Assembly (NCBI GenBank): GCA_021785355.1 | Contig: JAJYFR010000005.1 | Coordinates: forward strand, 1 to 62,792 | DNA length: 62,792 nucleotides | Source of the DNA: a bacterium | GTDB taxonomy: Bacteria > Patescibacteriota > Dojkabacteria > JAKAPS01 > JAJZLI01 | Direction of reading: 5' to 3' | In this document: in pieces, positions 9,741 through 19,179 of the stretch | Numbering within the stretch: position 1 is the first letter of the stretch | How the letters are laid out: every line of letters starts with the position of its first letter | Program-made: the position numbers and the translations under genes | The notes under the pieces: generated by a model | What the model saw: only the letters and a program-made list of their open reading frames with translations | What the model was told of the DNA's origin: nothing | The model's database searches: none

Positions 9741-9769
9741 TTGACAGTGGTAATTTATAAGAATAGCAT
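9741..9769 (+). promoter_or_regulatory. Sigma-70-like promoter candidate for 9801-10328
   Basis: TTGACA-N17-TAGCAT lies about 30 nt upstream of a strong SD (AAAAGGGGGTGA). Confidence 0.35.
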
Positions 9770-9800
9770 ATTATATATATTAAAAGGGGGTGAATAAGAA

Positions 9801-10328
9801 ATGAATATAAAAAAACTTTTAATAGGAGGGACTTTGAGTCTTGTAGTATTAGCTTTAAGTGCTGTTTCTGTTTTTGCAAAAGGTGGATTTAATCAATTTG
9901 GATATAATTACGGTGCAAGAATTTTTAATGGAACAAATGCTAGTTTTTGTGCATCACTAAAAGCTCCTTCAAATTGTGATGGAAATCCTTATGATAAAGT
10001 TATTATGAAATGGAATGCACAGTGGGATAATTGTAATGCAAATGGATATAATAATCCCAAATACTGTTTAGGTGCTTGGGTAGATAATGAATATAATGGT
10101 AAAGTACCTAATGGTTCCGGAGTAGTCTGGCATTATAAAATTATTTGGGTTGGTTCAGCAGGAGCTTCTAGTCCATATTGGTTAGCAGGAGGTTATTCTA
10201 TTTGGGGTAATTATGAAGTAATAATGGATCAAGGTATCAATAGTACCTGTAGTGGTAATGTAGACACTGGACATCAATTTTGTGCATTAGCAACACCAAA
10301 TGGTTATGGAGCAGTTTTTGCTAAATAA
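9801..10328 (+). CDS. Secreted Cys-containing hypothetical protein
   Basis: 175 aa with a signal peptide (LSLVVLALSAVSVFA/KG), 8 Cys and a Gly/Asn/Tyr/Trp-rich composition. It has a strong SD, GGGGGTGA, 7 nt before the ATG. Confidence 0.7.
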   Translation: MNIKKLLIGGTLSLVVLALSAVSVFAKGGFNQFGYNYGARIFNGTNASFCASLKAPSNCDGNPYDKVIMKWNAQWDNCNANGYNNPKYCLGAWVDNEYNGKVPNGSGVVWHYKIIWVGSAGASSPYWLAGGYSIWGNYEVIMDQGINSTCSGNVDTGHQFCALATPNGYGAVFAK

Positions 10329-10342
10329 CTATTTTTAATACA

Positions 10343-10384
10343 AAAAAACAACTCACTATTTAGAAGTAGTTGGGTTGTTTTGTA
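10343..10384. terminator. Bidirectional intrinsic terminator candidate between convergent genes
   Basis: An imperfect stem AACAACTCACTA / TAGTTGGGTTGTT is flanked by an A-run on the left and a T-run on the right. Confidence 0.5.
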
Positions 10385-10388
10385 TTAT

Positions 10389-11090
10389 TTATTCAAAAAT
10401 CTCAATACTATCCTCTGCGCCTGTTGTAGATAATAAAGACATCATTTCTTTATATTGAGAATTATACTCCTCTCTAGCTTTTTCACCATGATAAATTCCC
10501 ATACCAGCCAAGCTTAAAGATGTAAGTTCTAAACCTCTTTTTACAAATTCATTATCTGTATCATTAGTTGCAATAGCACATACTAAAGATATAAGTTTTT
10601 CTGCCATAGCTTTCTTACCTCTCTTTGAAGTAGGGAGCACTAGTTTATCTCCACTAGAATTATGTGTTGATTTTCTAAGTTTAGTATAATTATGTGATGA
10701 TTTTAATGCCCATATAGATTTTATGCCCTCTTGTCCTAATATACTTAGAATTGCAACTTTACTCATAGGACTTACTCTTGGTGCAAAAGAAGCTGCAGAT
10801 GAAACTATTAATATGCTCAATGTATCAGAAATTTGATCTCCCATAGCTCCTATTTTTGTAGTTCCAATATTTAATTCTGGAAAATTTTTATCAAAAAATC
10901 TTGCAACTTTACCATCCATATCTGATAATGCCATAAGTGCAATAATAGGCGTAATAGGTTTTTCTCCTGCTAAAAGCATTTTATCTACTAACAAAGCTAA
11001 TGCAGGTCTACTCAGTGTCATTATATTAGCCGGAGTAATTAATCTGTCTTTTTTTTCTTGAATATTGTCAGTATGCCTTAAATTTTCCAT
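10389..11090 (-). CDS. CDP-alcohol phosphatidyltransferase-like protein (divergent)
   Basis: DGKVAR...GAMGDQISD fits DGx2AR...Gx3Dx3D, but the spacer is longer than canonical. The C-terminal half is not obviously hydrophobic. Confidence 0.4.
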   Translation of the reverse strand: MENLRHTDNIQEKKDRLITPANIMTLSRPALALLVDKMLLAGEKPITPIIALMALSDMDGKVARFFDKNFPELNIGTTKIGAMGDQISDTLSILIVSSAASFAPRVSPMSKVAILSILGQEGIKSIWALKSSHNYTKLRKSTHNSSGDKLVLPTSKRGKKAMAEKLISLVCAIATNDTDNEFVKRGLELTSLSLAGMGIYHGEKAREEYNSQYKEMMSLLSTTGAEDSIEIFE

Positions 11091-11184
11091 ATACCTGTAA
11101 CTGAGTAGACATTATATAACGACTTATAATATTTATCAAAATCTCTGACACTTACACATGCGCTATAAAGCTTATATAATAGGT

Positions 11185-12492
11185 TTATTCTATATTCAAA
11201 AAATTATCTATATGATTATTACTTATCTTAATAATAGATATTAACACTACTGTTATACCTCCAAAAACAATTAAAGCTATACCTGTATTGAAATGACCAG
11301 CAAGTTCTCCAAAAAGGAAAGCCCCTATAGGTGTTGTTCCTCCCATTAATAAAATATAAATTCCCATTATCCTTCCTCTATATTTATCTGGAGTAATTAT
11401 TTGTAATCTAGTATTAGTTGTAACTGAAGTTATAATGCCAGCAAAACCTGCAATAACTAAAAGAAACATACTTAATATATAAGAATGAGAAAATCCTAAT
11501 AATAAAATTGAAAGACCTAAAGCTATTCCTCCAATTACTATACGTCTCTCACTCGCATTATTATTCTTTGCTTGAATAATTGCACCAATAAGAGAACCTG
11601 CTCCTAATGCAGCCATAAGATCTCCAAATTCTACAACTTTTTGATGTAGAGAAAAACGTGCTATTAGTGGTACAGCAACCTGCCAATTAAAACCCAAAAG
11701 ACCTATTATTCCAAAAAGAAAAATTATTCTTCTAATTGATATCTCTTGAAATGCATATACTAAACCTTCTTTAAGTTCAATAATAGCAGATTGTTTCATT
11801 ATATTTGTTTTTGCAATAGTATATGCAGGTCTAATCTTTATAAGAAGAATGATTATTGGTATAAAACTTAAAGCATTAAATAACAATGCACCAGAAATAC
11901 CCCACAAAGCTATAGCTATTCCTCCAACTGCACCTCCTATCATTCTTGAAGTATTGAATTGAACACTATTTAAAGCAACAGCATTAGGGACAAGATCTTT
12001 ACTTACTAATTCAGGTATAAAAGATTGCTGTACAGGTCCATTTAAAGCATTTGTTGTTCCTAAAAATAAAGCTAATAAACCTATTTCCCAAATAGTCACA
12101 CTGTGAGTAAAAACAAGTACACTTAAAATAATAGCTTGTATTGCTAATATTATTTGAGTAAATATAAGCAACTGTCTACGAGGTAATCTATCTGCTATAA
12201 CTCCTCCATACAAAGAGAAAAGAAGCATAGGTAAAAATTGCAACATGGTTATTACACCTAAATCTATAGCTGAATGTGTTAAATTAAGTATTAACCATGA
12301 TTGTGCTATTGCTTGAGCCCATGTTCCGATTCCTGATAAAAGTTGAGTTGACCAATACCAACGATAATTCGAAATTTTAAAAGCTGCACCCATATCCTTC
12401 CAAAATTTTTTATTATTTTTTTGTACAGAAATATCATTTATATTTTTTTCTTCCAAATCTTGATCTTTTCCTTCATTAAACATCTTAAACAA
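11185..12492 (-). CDS. MFS transporter
   Basis: 435 aa with about 12 predicted TM helices. The loop motif GGVIADRLPRRQ is typical of the MFS 2-3 loop. Confidence 0.85.
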   Translation of the reverse strand: MFKMFNEGKDQDLEEKNINDISVQKNNKKFWKDMGAAFKISNYRWYWSTQLLSGIGTWAQAIAQSWLILNLTHSAIDLGVITMLQFLPMLLFSLYGGVIADRLPRRQLLIFTQIILAIQAIILSVLVFTHSVTIWEIGLLALFLGTTNALNGPVQQSFIPELVSKDLVPNAVALNSVQFNTSRMIGGAVGGIAIALWGISGALLFNALSFIPIIILLIKIRPAYTIAKTNIMKQSAIIELKEGLVYAFQEISIRRIIFLFGIIGLLGFNWQVAVPLIARFSLHQKVVEFGDLMAALGAGSLIGAIIQAKNNNASERRIVIGGIALGLSILLLGFSHSYILSMFLLVIAGFAGIITSVTTNTRLQIITPDKYRGRIMGIYILLMGGTTPIGAFLFGELAGHFNTGIALIVFGGITVVLISIIKISNNHIDNFLNIE

Positions 12493-12581
12493 TAATATTC
12501 ATATAAACTTTTATTGACTTCATAATTGTATAATATGATATTTTATATATCAATAAAAATGAATTGCATTTATAGTTAATA

Positions 12582-13055
12582 TTGAGCATAATAGAGCATA
12601 TGTATAGAAAAGGAGTTGCTGCAATTATATTAAATGATAAAAATCAAATATTATTGGTTAATCTTACGACATTTGACTCTAAATTTTTTTCTATACCAGG
12701 AGGAGGATCAGAAAAAGGAGAAAGTGATATAGATACTATAAAAAGGGAACTTTTAGAAGAATTAGGAATTGAATCTTCAATGATTGAAGTTATAAAAAAA
12801 TCATCTACCTTATATAAATTTAATTTCAAATCAATAACCATTAAAGATGGGAAAAAATATAAAGGACAAAAAAAAGTTTGTTTTTTAGTAAAATTTAATG
12901 GAACCGATAAAGATATAAAGATATCAAAAGATGAAATAAGAAAATATTTATGGTCTGATTATAAAGATTTGGATAAATATTTGTTATTTGAAGAACAATT
13001 AGAAAGTATACAATTTTTTATTAAAGATTTGTGCCCATATATTATAAAAATATGA
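12582..13055 (+). CDS. NUDIX hydrolase
   Basis: Nudix box GGGSEKGESDIDTIKRELLEELGI. The ORF opens with TTG at 12582; the ATG at 12600 is an alternative start. Confidence 0.75.
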   Translation: MSIIEHMYRKGVAAIILNDKNQILLVNLTTFDSKFFSIPGGGSEKGESDIDTIKRELLEELGIESSMIEVIKKSSTLYKFNFKSITIKDGKKYKGQKKVCFLVKFNGTDKDIKISKDEIRKYLWSDYKDLDKYLLFEEQLESIQFFIKDLCPYIIKI

Positions 13056-13609
13056 AAAGTATTCTATTTGCAACAACCAACATAAGAAAACTTAGAGAAG
13101 CTGAAGCTGGATGTAGAGAATGGGGGATTGAAGTAAATCAAATAGAGTTAAATATTAATGAGATACAGTCTAAAGATACAAGGTATATATCTTTAAATAA
13201 AGCTGAAGAAGCTTTTAGGTTAGTCCAAAAACCCTTAGTCATAACTGATACATCATGGACAATACCTTCATTAAATGGTTTTCCTGGTGGATATATGAAG
13301 GATATTGCTTCGTGGTTTGAAGCTGAAGATTTTATTAATTTACTGAAATCCAAAAAAGATAAAAGAATTAGTTTTACTGAATGTATAGTATATAAAGATA
13401 AAATTAATACTAAGGTATTTAGTAATGAATATTGGGGTATTGTAACTGATACTCCAAGAGGAAAGGGGACTTCAAGTATAGAGAAAGTTGCAGAATTTAA
13501 AGGATTCACAATAGCAGAAAAACATGACAATGAAGAATTTTCTCATGATCCAAAAGAATATATTTGGTATAAATTTGCTAAATGGTATTCAAAGTATACT
13601 ACGAGATAA
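13052..13609 (+). CDS. rdgB: Non-canonical purine NTP pyrophosphatase (Ham1/RdgB family)
   Basis: N-terminus MKSILFATTNIRKLREAE (ATGNxGKxxE-like) and a later SLNGFPGGYMK motif. I prefer the ATG at 13052, which overlaps the previous stop as ATGA, over the GTG at 13031 in the ORF track. Confidence 0.7.
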   Translation: MKSILFATTNIRKLREAEAGCREWGIEVNQIELNINEIQSKDTRYISLNKAEEAFRLVQKPLVITDTSWTIPSLNGFPGGYMKDIASWFEAEDFINLLKSKKDKRISFTECIVYKDKINTKVFSNEYWGIVTDTPRGKGTSSIEKVAEFKGFTIAEKHDNEEFSHDPKEYIWYKFAKWYSKYTTR

Positions 13610-14581
13610 AGCTAGTTTTACTATATTCAAAATCATAGCCTCATACTCTAAATTTATATTTAACATACAAGCTTTTGGAAATGATCCATATCCATTAATT
13701 AAACTTGGAATAAGATTGGCTTCTAAAAAATGAGGTGTACCATTTTTATCTAATCTAATATCTATCCTACCATAATCACGAGCTCCCAGAGCATGAAAAG
13801 CTTTGATTGAAAGATCTGTAATTTTAGATTTAATACTCTGATCTGTAACAACTAAAACTCTTTCTATATTTGATTCTTTTACTTTTTTACTTAGAAGTAA
13901 TCTTCCATATTTATCTGGATGAGAAACTAATTCAATTGGCATTATATGATAACCTTCTTTTATCCTATCCTTTAGAATAGCTACACTAAACTCACGACCA
14001 GGTAAATATTCTTCTATCAGTGAATCTGTATGTAACCTTTTTGATATTAATCTTACTTTCAGGCAAAGCTCTTCAAAATTATGAACTACAGAATCACTAT
14101 CAATTCCCAATCCTCCGCCTCGATTTATTGGCTTAATAAATAAAGGAAATATTAAAGATTTATCTTCTCTTATTTGAGAACAATTTTGTTTAACAACATA
14201 AAATGGTGAGGTTTTAAGTCCTGCTTTAATTATTCTTTTCTTTGCTAAAGATTTATTAAATTCAAGCTCATGTGCAAATTGAGTTGACCCTGTATGTGCT
14301 ATTTTATGATCTTTTAAATATTGTGTTATCCAAATCTTTGAAGGATCTTCTAAACGTAGTATTTCATCTATTGATATAAATTTCATACCTAGAAAAACTA
14401 AATCTGGTTTATTCTTAACTAATTTTTTAAGATCTGACAAATTATTAACAGTAGTAATACTGACATTGGTGTAATGATTTTTTAATACATTAAATATTGC
14501 ATTGGAAGATTCTAAACTCATTGAACTAAGCCAATTTTTACTAGAACGTACAATCTCAATATGTTTATTTATTTTTGTCAT
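13589..14581 (-). CDS. ATP-grasp ligase, D-alanine--D-alanine ligase-like
   Basis: FPLFIKPINRGGGLGI, EEYLPGREFSVAIL and GRIDIRLDKNGTPHFLEANLIP are typical Ddl-type ATP-grasp motifs. Its 3' end overlaps the convergent rdgB-like gene by 21 nt. Confidence 0.7.
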   Translation of the reverse strand: MTKINKHIEIVRSSKNWLSSMSLESSNAIFNVLKNHYTNVSITTVNNLSDLKKLVKNKPDLVFLGMKFISIDEILRLEDPSKIWITQYLKDHKIAHTGSTQFAHELEFNKSLAKKRIIKAGLKTSPFYVVKQNCSQIREDKSLIFPLFIKPINRGGGLGIDSDSVVHNFEELCLKVRLISKRLHTDSLIEEYLPGREFSVAILKDRIKEGYHIMPIELVSHPDKYGRLLLSKKVKESNIERVLVVTDQSIKSKITDLSIKAFHALGARDYGRIDIRLDKNGTPHFLEANLIPSLINGYGSFPKACMLNINLEYEAMILNIVKLALSRSIL

Positions 14582-14756
14582 ATATTAAATATTTAAACTT
14601 TAAAATAAGCCTAAATACTGTCAATATCTAGAGAATGTATTTATTCAAAAACTAAATTACTGAAATATTCTGATTAATAAAAATCTAGACTTTTACGAGT
14701 TATAAAACTATATTACGAATTACAGTATACCACAGATGACCTAATTCCATCTTATA

Positions 14757-15947
14757 TTATATCTGTGTATCGAGTATTTCATTCTTTCTTCGCTCCCTTT
14801 TATCATATTTACTATATTTACCCACTAATATATTTAGATATGGTATCTGCATTATTAAAAGAACAATAGACAAAGAAATTAATACCGTTAACATCCATCC
14901 TAGTATAATTATTATTCCTCCTATATATGGAATATTATTATATTTATAAATAGGGAACATTATATTACTTGATACCATATTAAGTATAATTGGATGTATC
15001 AAATATATTCCAAATGCTGCTTCTGATACTATCAGAAAAAATTTAACTAAACTTTTATTTATCTTTTTTAATAAATGGATTTTATTTTTACTAATACTTA
15101 AAGATATTTTATATAATATAAATATTAGAGATAAACTGTAACTAATAACTAAAGGTTGATCAAAAGAAGATGCTATTGCTATAGGAAGATGAAATACTAA
15201 TATCTCTATATAATAACTTAATAATAATACTAGAGTTGATAGTATGAAAAATAAAATAAATTTAAAATAATTTTTCTTAAATTCTTTTTCAATATCATTT
15301 ACATATAGTGCAAAAAATCCTCCAAGGAATATATATACAAGATAAAATAATATAAACCTATATTGAATATGAGTAAGTCTTAAAACAAATTTATAATTAG
15401 TATTATTTACCTTTAAAAAGAAATAAGTATAACTCATTAATAAAAATTGAAATATACCTAAGGATAATAGAGTTATAAAAACTTTATCTTTTAATTTATT
15501 TAATATTTTTATAAAAAAAGGTAATAGTATGTATAATTGTATTGCAAGAAGAATGTAATATAACTGATACTCTGCAGAACCTGTTATGATAGCATATACA
15601 TAATTATATAAACTAGGATTCTTTATGTATAAAGCAACATATATAATACTCCATATAATATAAGGAATTATTATACCTAAAGTCCTTTTCTTCCAAAAAT
15701 TTATTAAATTAAGATTGGGTTTATTGTAAACATAAACTAACACAAATGCTGTTATAAAAATAAATGTTTGACGATTATATCTTAATAACAGTAATATCAT
15801 AAACTGAATTATAGACCAAAAATTATTAGTATCTACAAAGGTTATAGTACCTACTGTATGCATAGCAACAACACTAATAACTGTAATACCTCTTATGATA
15901 TCTGCTTCATATCTATGATTTACATTTCTTTTTTTAATTATGCTCAA
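14757..15947 (-). CDS. Acyltransferase-3 family membrane protein (OafA/WecH-like)
   Basis: 396 aa and polytopic. The N-terminal YEADIIRGITVISVVAMH is typical of the family. It is a close paralog of 19157-20296. Confidence 0.8.
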   Translation of the reverse strand: MSIIKKRNVNHRYEADIIRGITVISVVAMHTVGTITFVDTNNFWSIIQFMILLLLRYNRQTFIFITAFVLVYVYNKPNLNLINFWKKRTLGIIIPYIIWSIIYVALYIKNPSLYNYVYAIITGSAEYQLYYILLAIQLYILLPFFIKILNKLKDKVFITLLSLGIFQFLLMSYTYFFLKVNNTNYKFVLRLTHIQYRFILFYLVYIFLGGFFALYVNDIEKEFKKNYFKFILFFILSTLVLLLSYYIEILVFHLPIAIASSFDQPLVISYSLSLIFILYKISLSISKNKIHLLKKINKSLVKFFLIVSEAAFGIYLIHPIILNMVSSNIMFPIYKYNNIPYIGGIIIILGWMLTVLISLSIVLLIMQIPYLNILVGKYSKYDKRERRKNEILDTQI

Positions 15948-15959
15948 AAATTTATTCCT

Positions 15960-17579
15960 TTATTTTTTTAAGAATATTATTTTATTTTCTTCTAAATATT
16001 TTAGAATTTTATCAATACTTTCTTTTATAGACAACTGAGAAGTATCTATGACAATTTCGGCTCTCTGAGGTACTTGATATGGATCATCTATACCTGTCAT
16101 TTTCATTCCTTTATTATTTTGTGCAGAATTATATAAACCCTTTACATCTCTATTAATACAAATATCTAGTGGAGTAGATAGATAAATTTCTATGTATCTA
16201 CCATGCTTAGATATAAGCTCTCTATTTTTTAATCTAGATGAGTTATATGGAGCTATTGCAGAACAAATAGCTATTCCTCCATGTTTTGTGATTTCATTTG
16301 CTACAAAACCAATTCTCTCTATATTTATATTTCTATCATCCTTAGAAAATCCTAAACCTTGTGACAGATTATTTCTAACAACATCCCCATCTAACAAAGA
16401 TATAGATCTTTCTTGAATTTCTTGTAATTTTATATATAAATGTTTTGCTAATGTTGATTTTCCAGAAGAAGGAAGTCCTGTGAAAAATATAGTTAGACCA
16501 TCTCTATTATTCCTAAAATAACCTTTTTTAATCTCTTCAATTACTTCTGTGAAAGAAAACCAACTAGGAATCTCTTTTCCTTCTGATATCATTTTTCTAA
16601 ATTCAGTACCAGATATATTTTTTATCTTTTGATTTTTATTTATTTTATCTATTTCAAAATATTTATCTTCATCCTCTACATATACCATCTCTTGAAATGG
16701 TATCATTTCTATTCCAATGTCTTTTTCATACATCTTAACTAACTCCTGAGCATCATATGCTCCATAAAAATCGTTTCCCTGACTATCCTTAGGCTCTGCA
16801 TGATGTCTTCCTACTATAAAGTGAGTACATCCGTAGTTTTTTCTTATAATGGCATGCATAAGAGCTTCTTTTGGGCCTCCCATTCTCATAGCTAAAGGAA
16901 GTAAAGATATCTGAGAAAAATCATTAGCATATTTATTCTTTATATGAATATATGATTTTACCCTTGTTATATAATCTATATCACCATCATTTGTAACTCC
17001 TACAGAAGGATGGATAAGAACCTTAATTCCATAATTATCATAAACACTCTTTATCATATAAAAATGAGCTTTATGTATAGGATTTCTCGTTTGAAAAGCA
17101 CATACCTTATCCCAATTATTGTCTTTAAACCATTTTTTTAACTCTTCTGGGGTATGTCTATATTCTGAAAAATCAAATCTATCTATATCATTAATTTTCT
17201 CCACATTTCCTCCCAAAGCGAATTTATGAGTTTTATTCATTATATAATTAACTCCATAATGCTCTCTATTAGAAGTACCATACACACTCTCTACTTCTTT
17301 ATCCTTTTGTAGTTTAAAAATAGAAGAGATATTAATAATAGCTATTGGTTTTCCATACTCATCTGACAGCTGTATTCTATCCCCAATACTAAACTCATCT
17401 ATATTATCTACATCAAGTATTATAGGAATAGGCCATAAAACACCACTAGGTAATCTCATGTTCTCTATAACAGATATATATTCTTCTTCTTCCATAAAAC
17501 CCTTTAATGGAAAGAATCCTCCATTCATTATTAATTCTAAATCACATAATTGTCTTTCTGTTAGTTTAATCTTCTTCAT
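15960..17579 (-). CDS. Bifunctional sulfate adenylyltransferase / adenylylsulfate kinase (PAPS synthesis)
   Basis: ATP sulfurylase motifs QTRNPIHKAH and GRHHAEP. The C-terminal APS kinase has P-loop GLPSSGKSTLA and LDGDVVRNNLSQGLGFSKDDRNINIERI. Confidence 0.9.
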   Translation of the reverse strand: MKKIKLTERQLCDLELIMNGGFFPLKGFMEEEEYISVIENMRLPSGVLWPIPIILDVDNIDEFSIGDRIQLSDEYGKPIAIINISSIFKLQKDKEVESVYGTSNREHYGVNYIMNKTHKFALGGNVEKINDIDRFDFSEYRHTPEELKKWFKDNNWDKVCAFQTRNPIHKAHFYMIKSVYDNYGIKVLIHPSVGVTNDGDIDYITRVKSYIHIKNKYANDFSQISLLPLAMRMGGPKEALMHAIIRKNYGCTHFIVGRHHAEPKDSQGNDFYGAYDAQELVKMYEKDIGIEMIPFQEMVYVEDEDKYFEIDKINKNQKIKNISGTEFRKMISEGKEIPSWFSFTEVIEEIKKGYFRNNRDGLTIFFTGLPSSGKSTLAKHLYIKLQEIQERSISLLDGDVVRNNLSQGLGFSKDDRNINIERIGFVANEITKHGGIAICSAIAPYNSSRLKNRELISKHGRYIEIYLSTPLDICINRDVKGLYNSAQNNKGMKMTGIDDPYQVPQRAEIVIDTSQLSIKESIDKILKYLEENKIIFLKK

Positions 17580-17608
17580 AGTTTTATCTAAATAATTAAT
17601 GAATTGTT

Positions 17609-17636
17609 ATACATAAAAAATAGAGAAAATGTTTCA
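17609..17636 (-). promoter_or_regulatory. ECF-type promoter candidate, TGAAAC-N17-TGTAT (drives the PAPS synthase arm)
   Basis: The minus strand reads TGAAAC ATTTTCTCTATTTTTTA TGTAT. It ends 29 nt upstream of the ATG at 17579. Confidence 0.6.
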
Positions 17637-17642
17637 ATTGCA

Positions 17643-17670
17643 TGAAACATTTTCTTAATTTATATTGTAT
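17643..17670 (+). promoter_or_regulatory. ECF-type promoter candidate, TGAAAC-N17-TGTAT (drives the adenylate-forming enzyme arm)
   Basis: The plus strand reads TGAAAC ATTTTCTTAATTTATAT TGTAT. It ends 42 nt upstream of the ATG at 17713. Its -35 is the other half of the palindrome AAAATGTTTCA-ATTGC-ATGAAACATTTT. Confidence 0.6.
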
Positions 17671-17712
17671 TTATATATCAAGTAACACATTTATTTTTTC
17701 ATATGAAAATTT

Positions 17713-19179
17713 ATGGAATCTTCGTATTATAATAAAAACTTATATAGTAAACTTGAGTTTTGGGCAATAAAAAATCCTAATAAAACTTTTATATATGACA
17801 CTCAAAGTAGCATACACTTAAGCTACTTTGAGACAAAAAATATTGTAGACAATATTATTTTCTATCTCTCAGATAAAAAACATACTATTATGTTTATTGA
17901 TGAAAATAACACACTTTCTTCAATACTTTGGATAGCAGCTCTTTCTGGAGGTCATAGAATAATACCTCTACATTCTCAGGTATCTGAAGCTGATCTAGAA
18001 AAATTAATTGAATATTTTAATCCTGATTTATTTATAACAAATAGAACTTCAGATATTATAGATAAAGTTAAGACAATAATAAAAGAAGAAGACCTTTTAT
18101 ATAATTTAAAAAAATCAAAATCTATAGGTGAGATTAGAGATGAAGGTATCGTTTATCTTACTACATCAGGAAGTACAGGAACCCCTAAAAAAATTGCTCT
18201 CAAAGAAAGTCAGCTTTATAATACAGCTTTGAATGTAGTAAAAGTCCACGAATCAAAAGAAAATGATGTGTGTCTAAACTTTTTATCCTTCTCCCATATA
18301 AATGCACCTGTAATAGCTCTATTCTCAACTTTAATATCAGGAGGTACTATTATAAATTCTAAATTTAGTAAAACTAATTTTTGGAAAATTACAACAGAAC
18401 TTAAAGTAACATGGGTAAACGCTGTGCCTACTATTATTAATATACTTTTAGAAACAAATCATAATAAAAAAAGTAATATAGGATTTATAAGAACAGGTAG
18501 TGCACCTATATCTAAAAATATAATCACAAAATTTGAAAAAAAATTTGATATTCCTATAATTGAAACTTACGGTGCAACTGAATCTTGTAGTCAAATAACT
18601 GCAAATAATAAGAATTTAAGAAAAATTGGATCTGTAGGGAAACCTCAGGGACTAGAACTTATTATCTGTAATAAAGATAAAGATATTCTAGAAGAATTGG
18701 ATTCTAATACTGTAGGGGAAGTATGTATAAAAGGATTTAGCGTTATAAAAAAATATGAAGATAAAGGTTTCGAGAATAATTTCATAAATGGTTTTTTTAA
18801 AACAGGAGATTTAGGATATAAAGATAAAGATGGTTTTATTTTTCTTACGGGAAGAAAAAAAGATATTATTATATCTAAAGGTGAAAATATTTATCCAAAA
18901 GAAATAGAGGATACTTTAATAAAATATGAAGGCATAAATGAGGTTGCTGTTATAGGAGAGAAAGATGATATTCTAGGAGAGAGAGTTGTAGCATTTATAG
19001 TATTAGAAGATAAATATGATTTCAAAGAAGAACATTTTAACAATTGGATAGAAGCCAGGTTATCTAAATATAAAATACCTCATAAATTATTATTTGTAGA
19101 AGATTTTCCAAGATTAAGAAGTTATAAAATAGATAAAATGAAATTAAGAGAATACATTGATGATAAAAAAACAATCTAA
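17713..19179 (+). CDS. AMP-dependent synthetase/ligase (adenylate-forming enzyme)
   Basis: AMP-binding motif TTSGSTGTPKK, then TGDLGYKDKDGFIFLTGRKKDIIISKGENIYPKEIE. No carrier-protein gene is seen nearby. Confidence 0.85.
   Translation: MESSYYNKNLYSKLEFWAIKNPNKTFIYDTQSSIHLSYFETKNIVDNIIFYLSDKKHTIMFIDENNTLSSILWIAALSGGHRIIPLHSQVSEADLEKLIEYFNPDLFITNRTSDIIDKVKTIIKEEDLLYNLKKSKSIGEIRDEGIVYLTTSGSTGTPKKIALKESQLYNTALNVVKVHESKENDVCLNFLSFSHINAPVIALFSTLISGGTIINSKFSKTNFWKITTELKVTWVNAVPTIINILLETNHNKKSNIGFIRTGSAPISKNIITKFEKKFDIPIIETYGATESCSQITANNKNLRKIGSVGKPQGLELIICNKDKDILEELDSNTVGEVCIKGFSVIKKYEDKGFENNFINGFFKTGDLGYKDKDGFIFLTGRKKDIIISKGENIYPKEIEDTLIKYEGINEVAVIGEKDDILGERVVAFIVLEDKYDFKEEHFNNWIEARLSKYKIPHKLLFVEDFPRLRSYKIDKMKLREYIDDKKTI

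Noticed and set aside
10800-10825. TGAAAC-N15-TGTAT on the plus strand.
   Set aside because: The spacing is 15 rather than 17, it lacks the AT(T/A)TT extension after TGAAAC, and it lies inside and antisense to the CDS 10389-11090. It is treated as a chance match.
13031-13051. GTG start proposed by the ORF track for the Ham1/RdgB-like gene. Similar 5'-extended starts appear at 21315, 30521, 31291, 32400, 44268 and 60058.
   Set aside because: Internal ATG codons give N-termini that match the family consensus, overlap the upstream stop in ATGA fashion, or avoid including promoter or terminator elements. Coordinates were adjusted accordingly, but the starts remain unverified.
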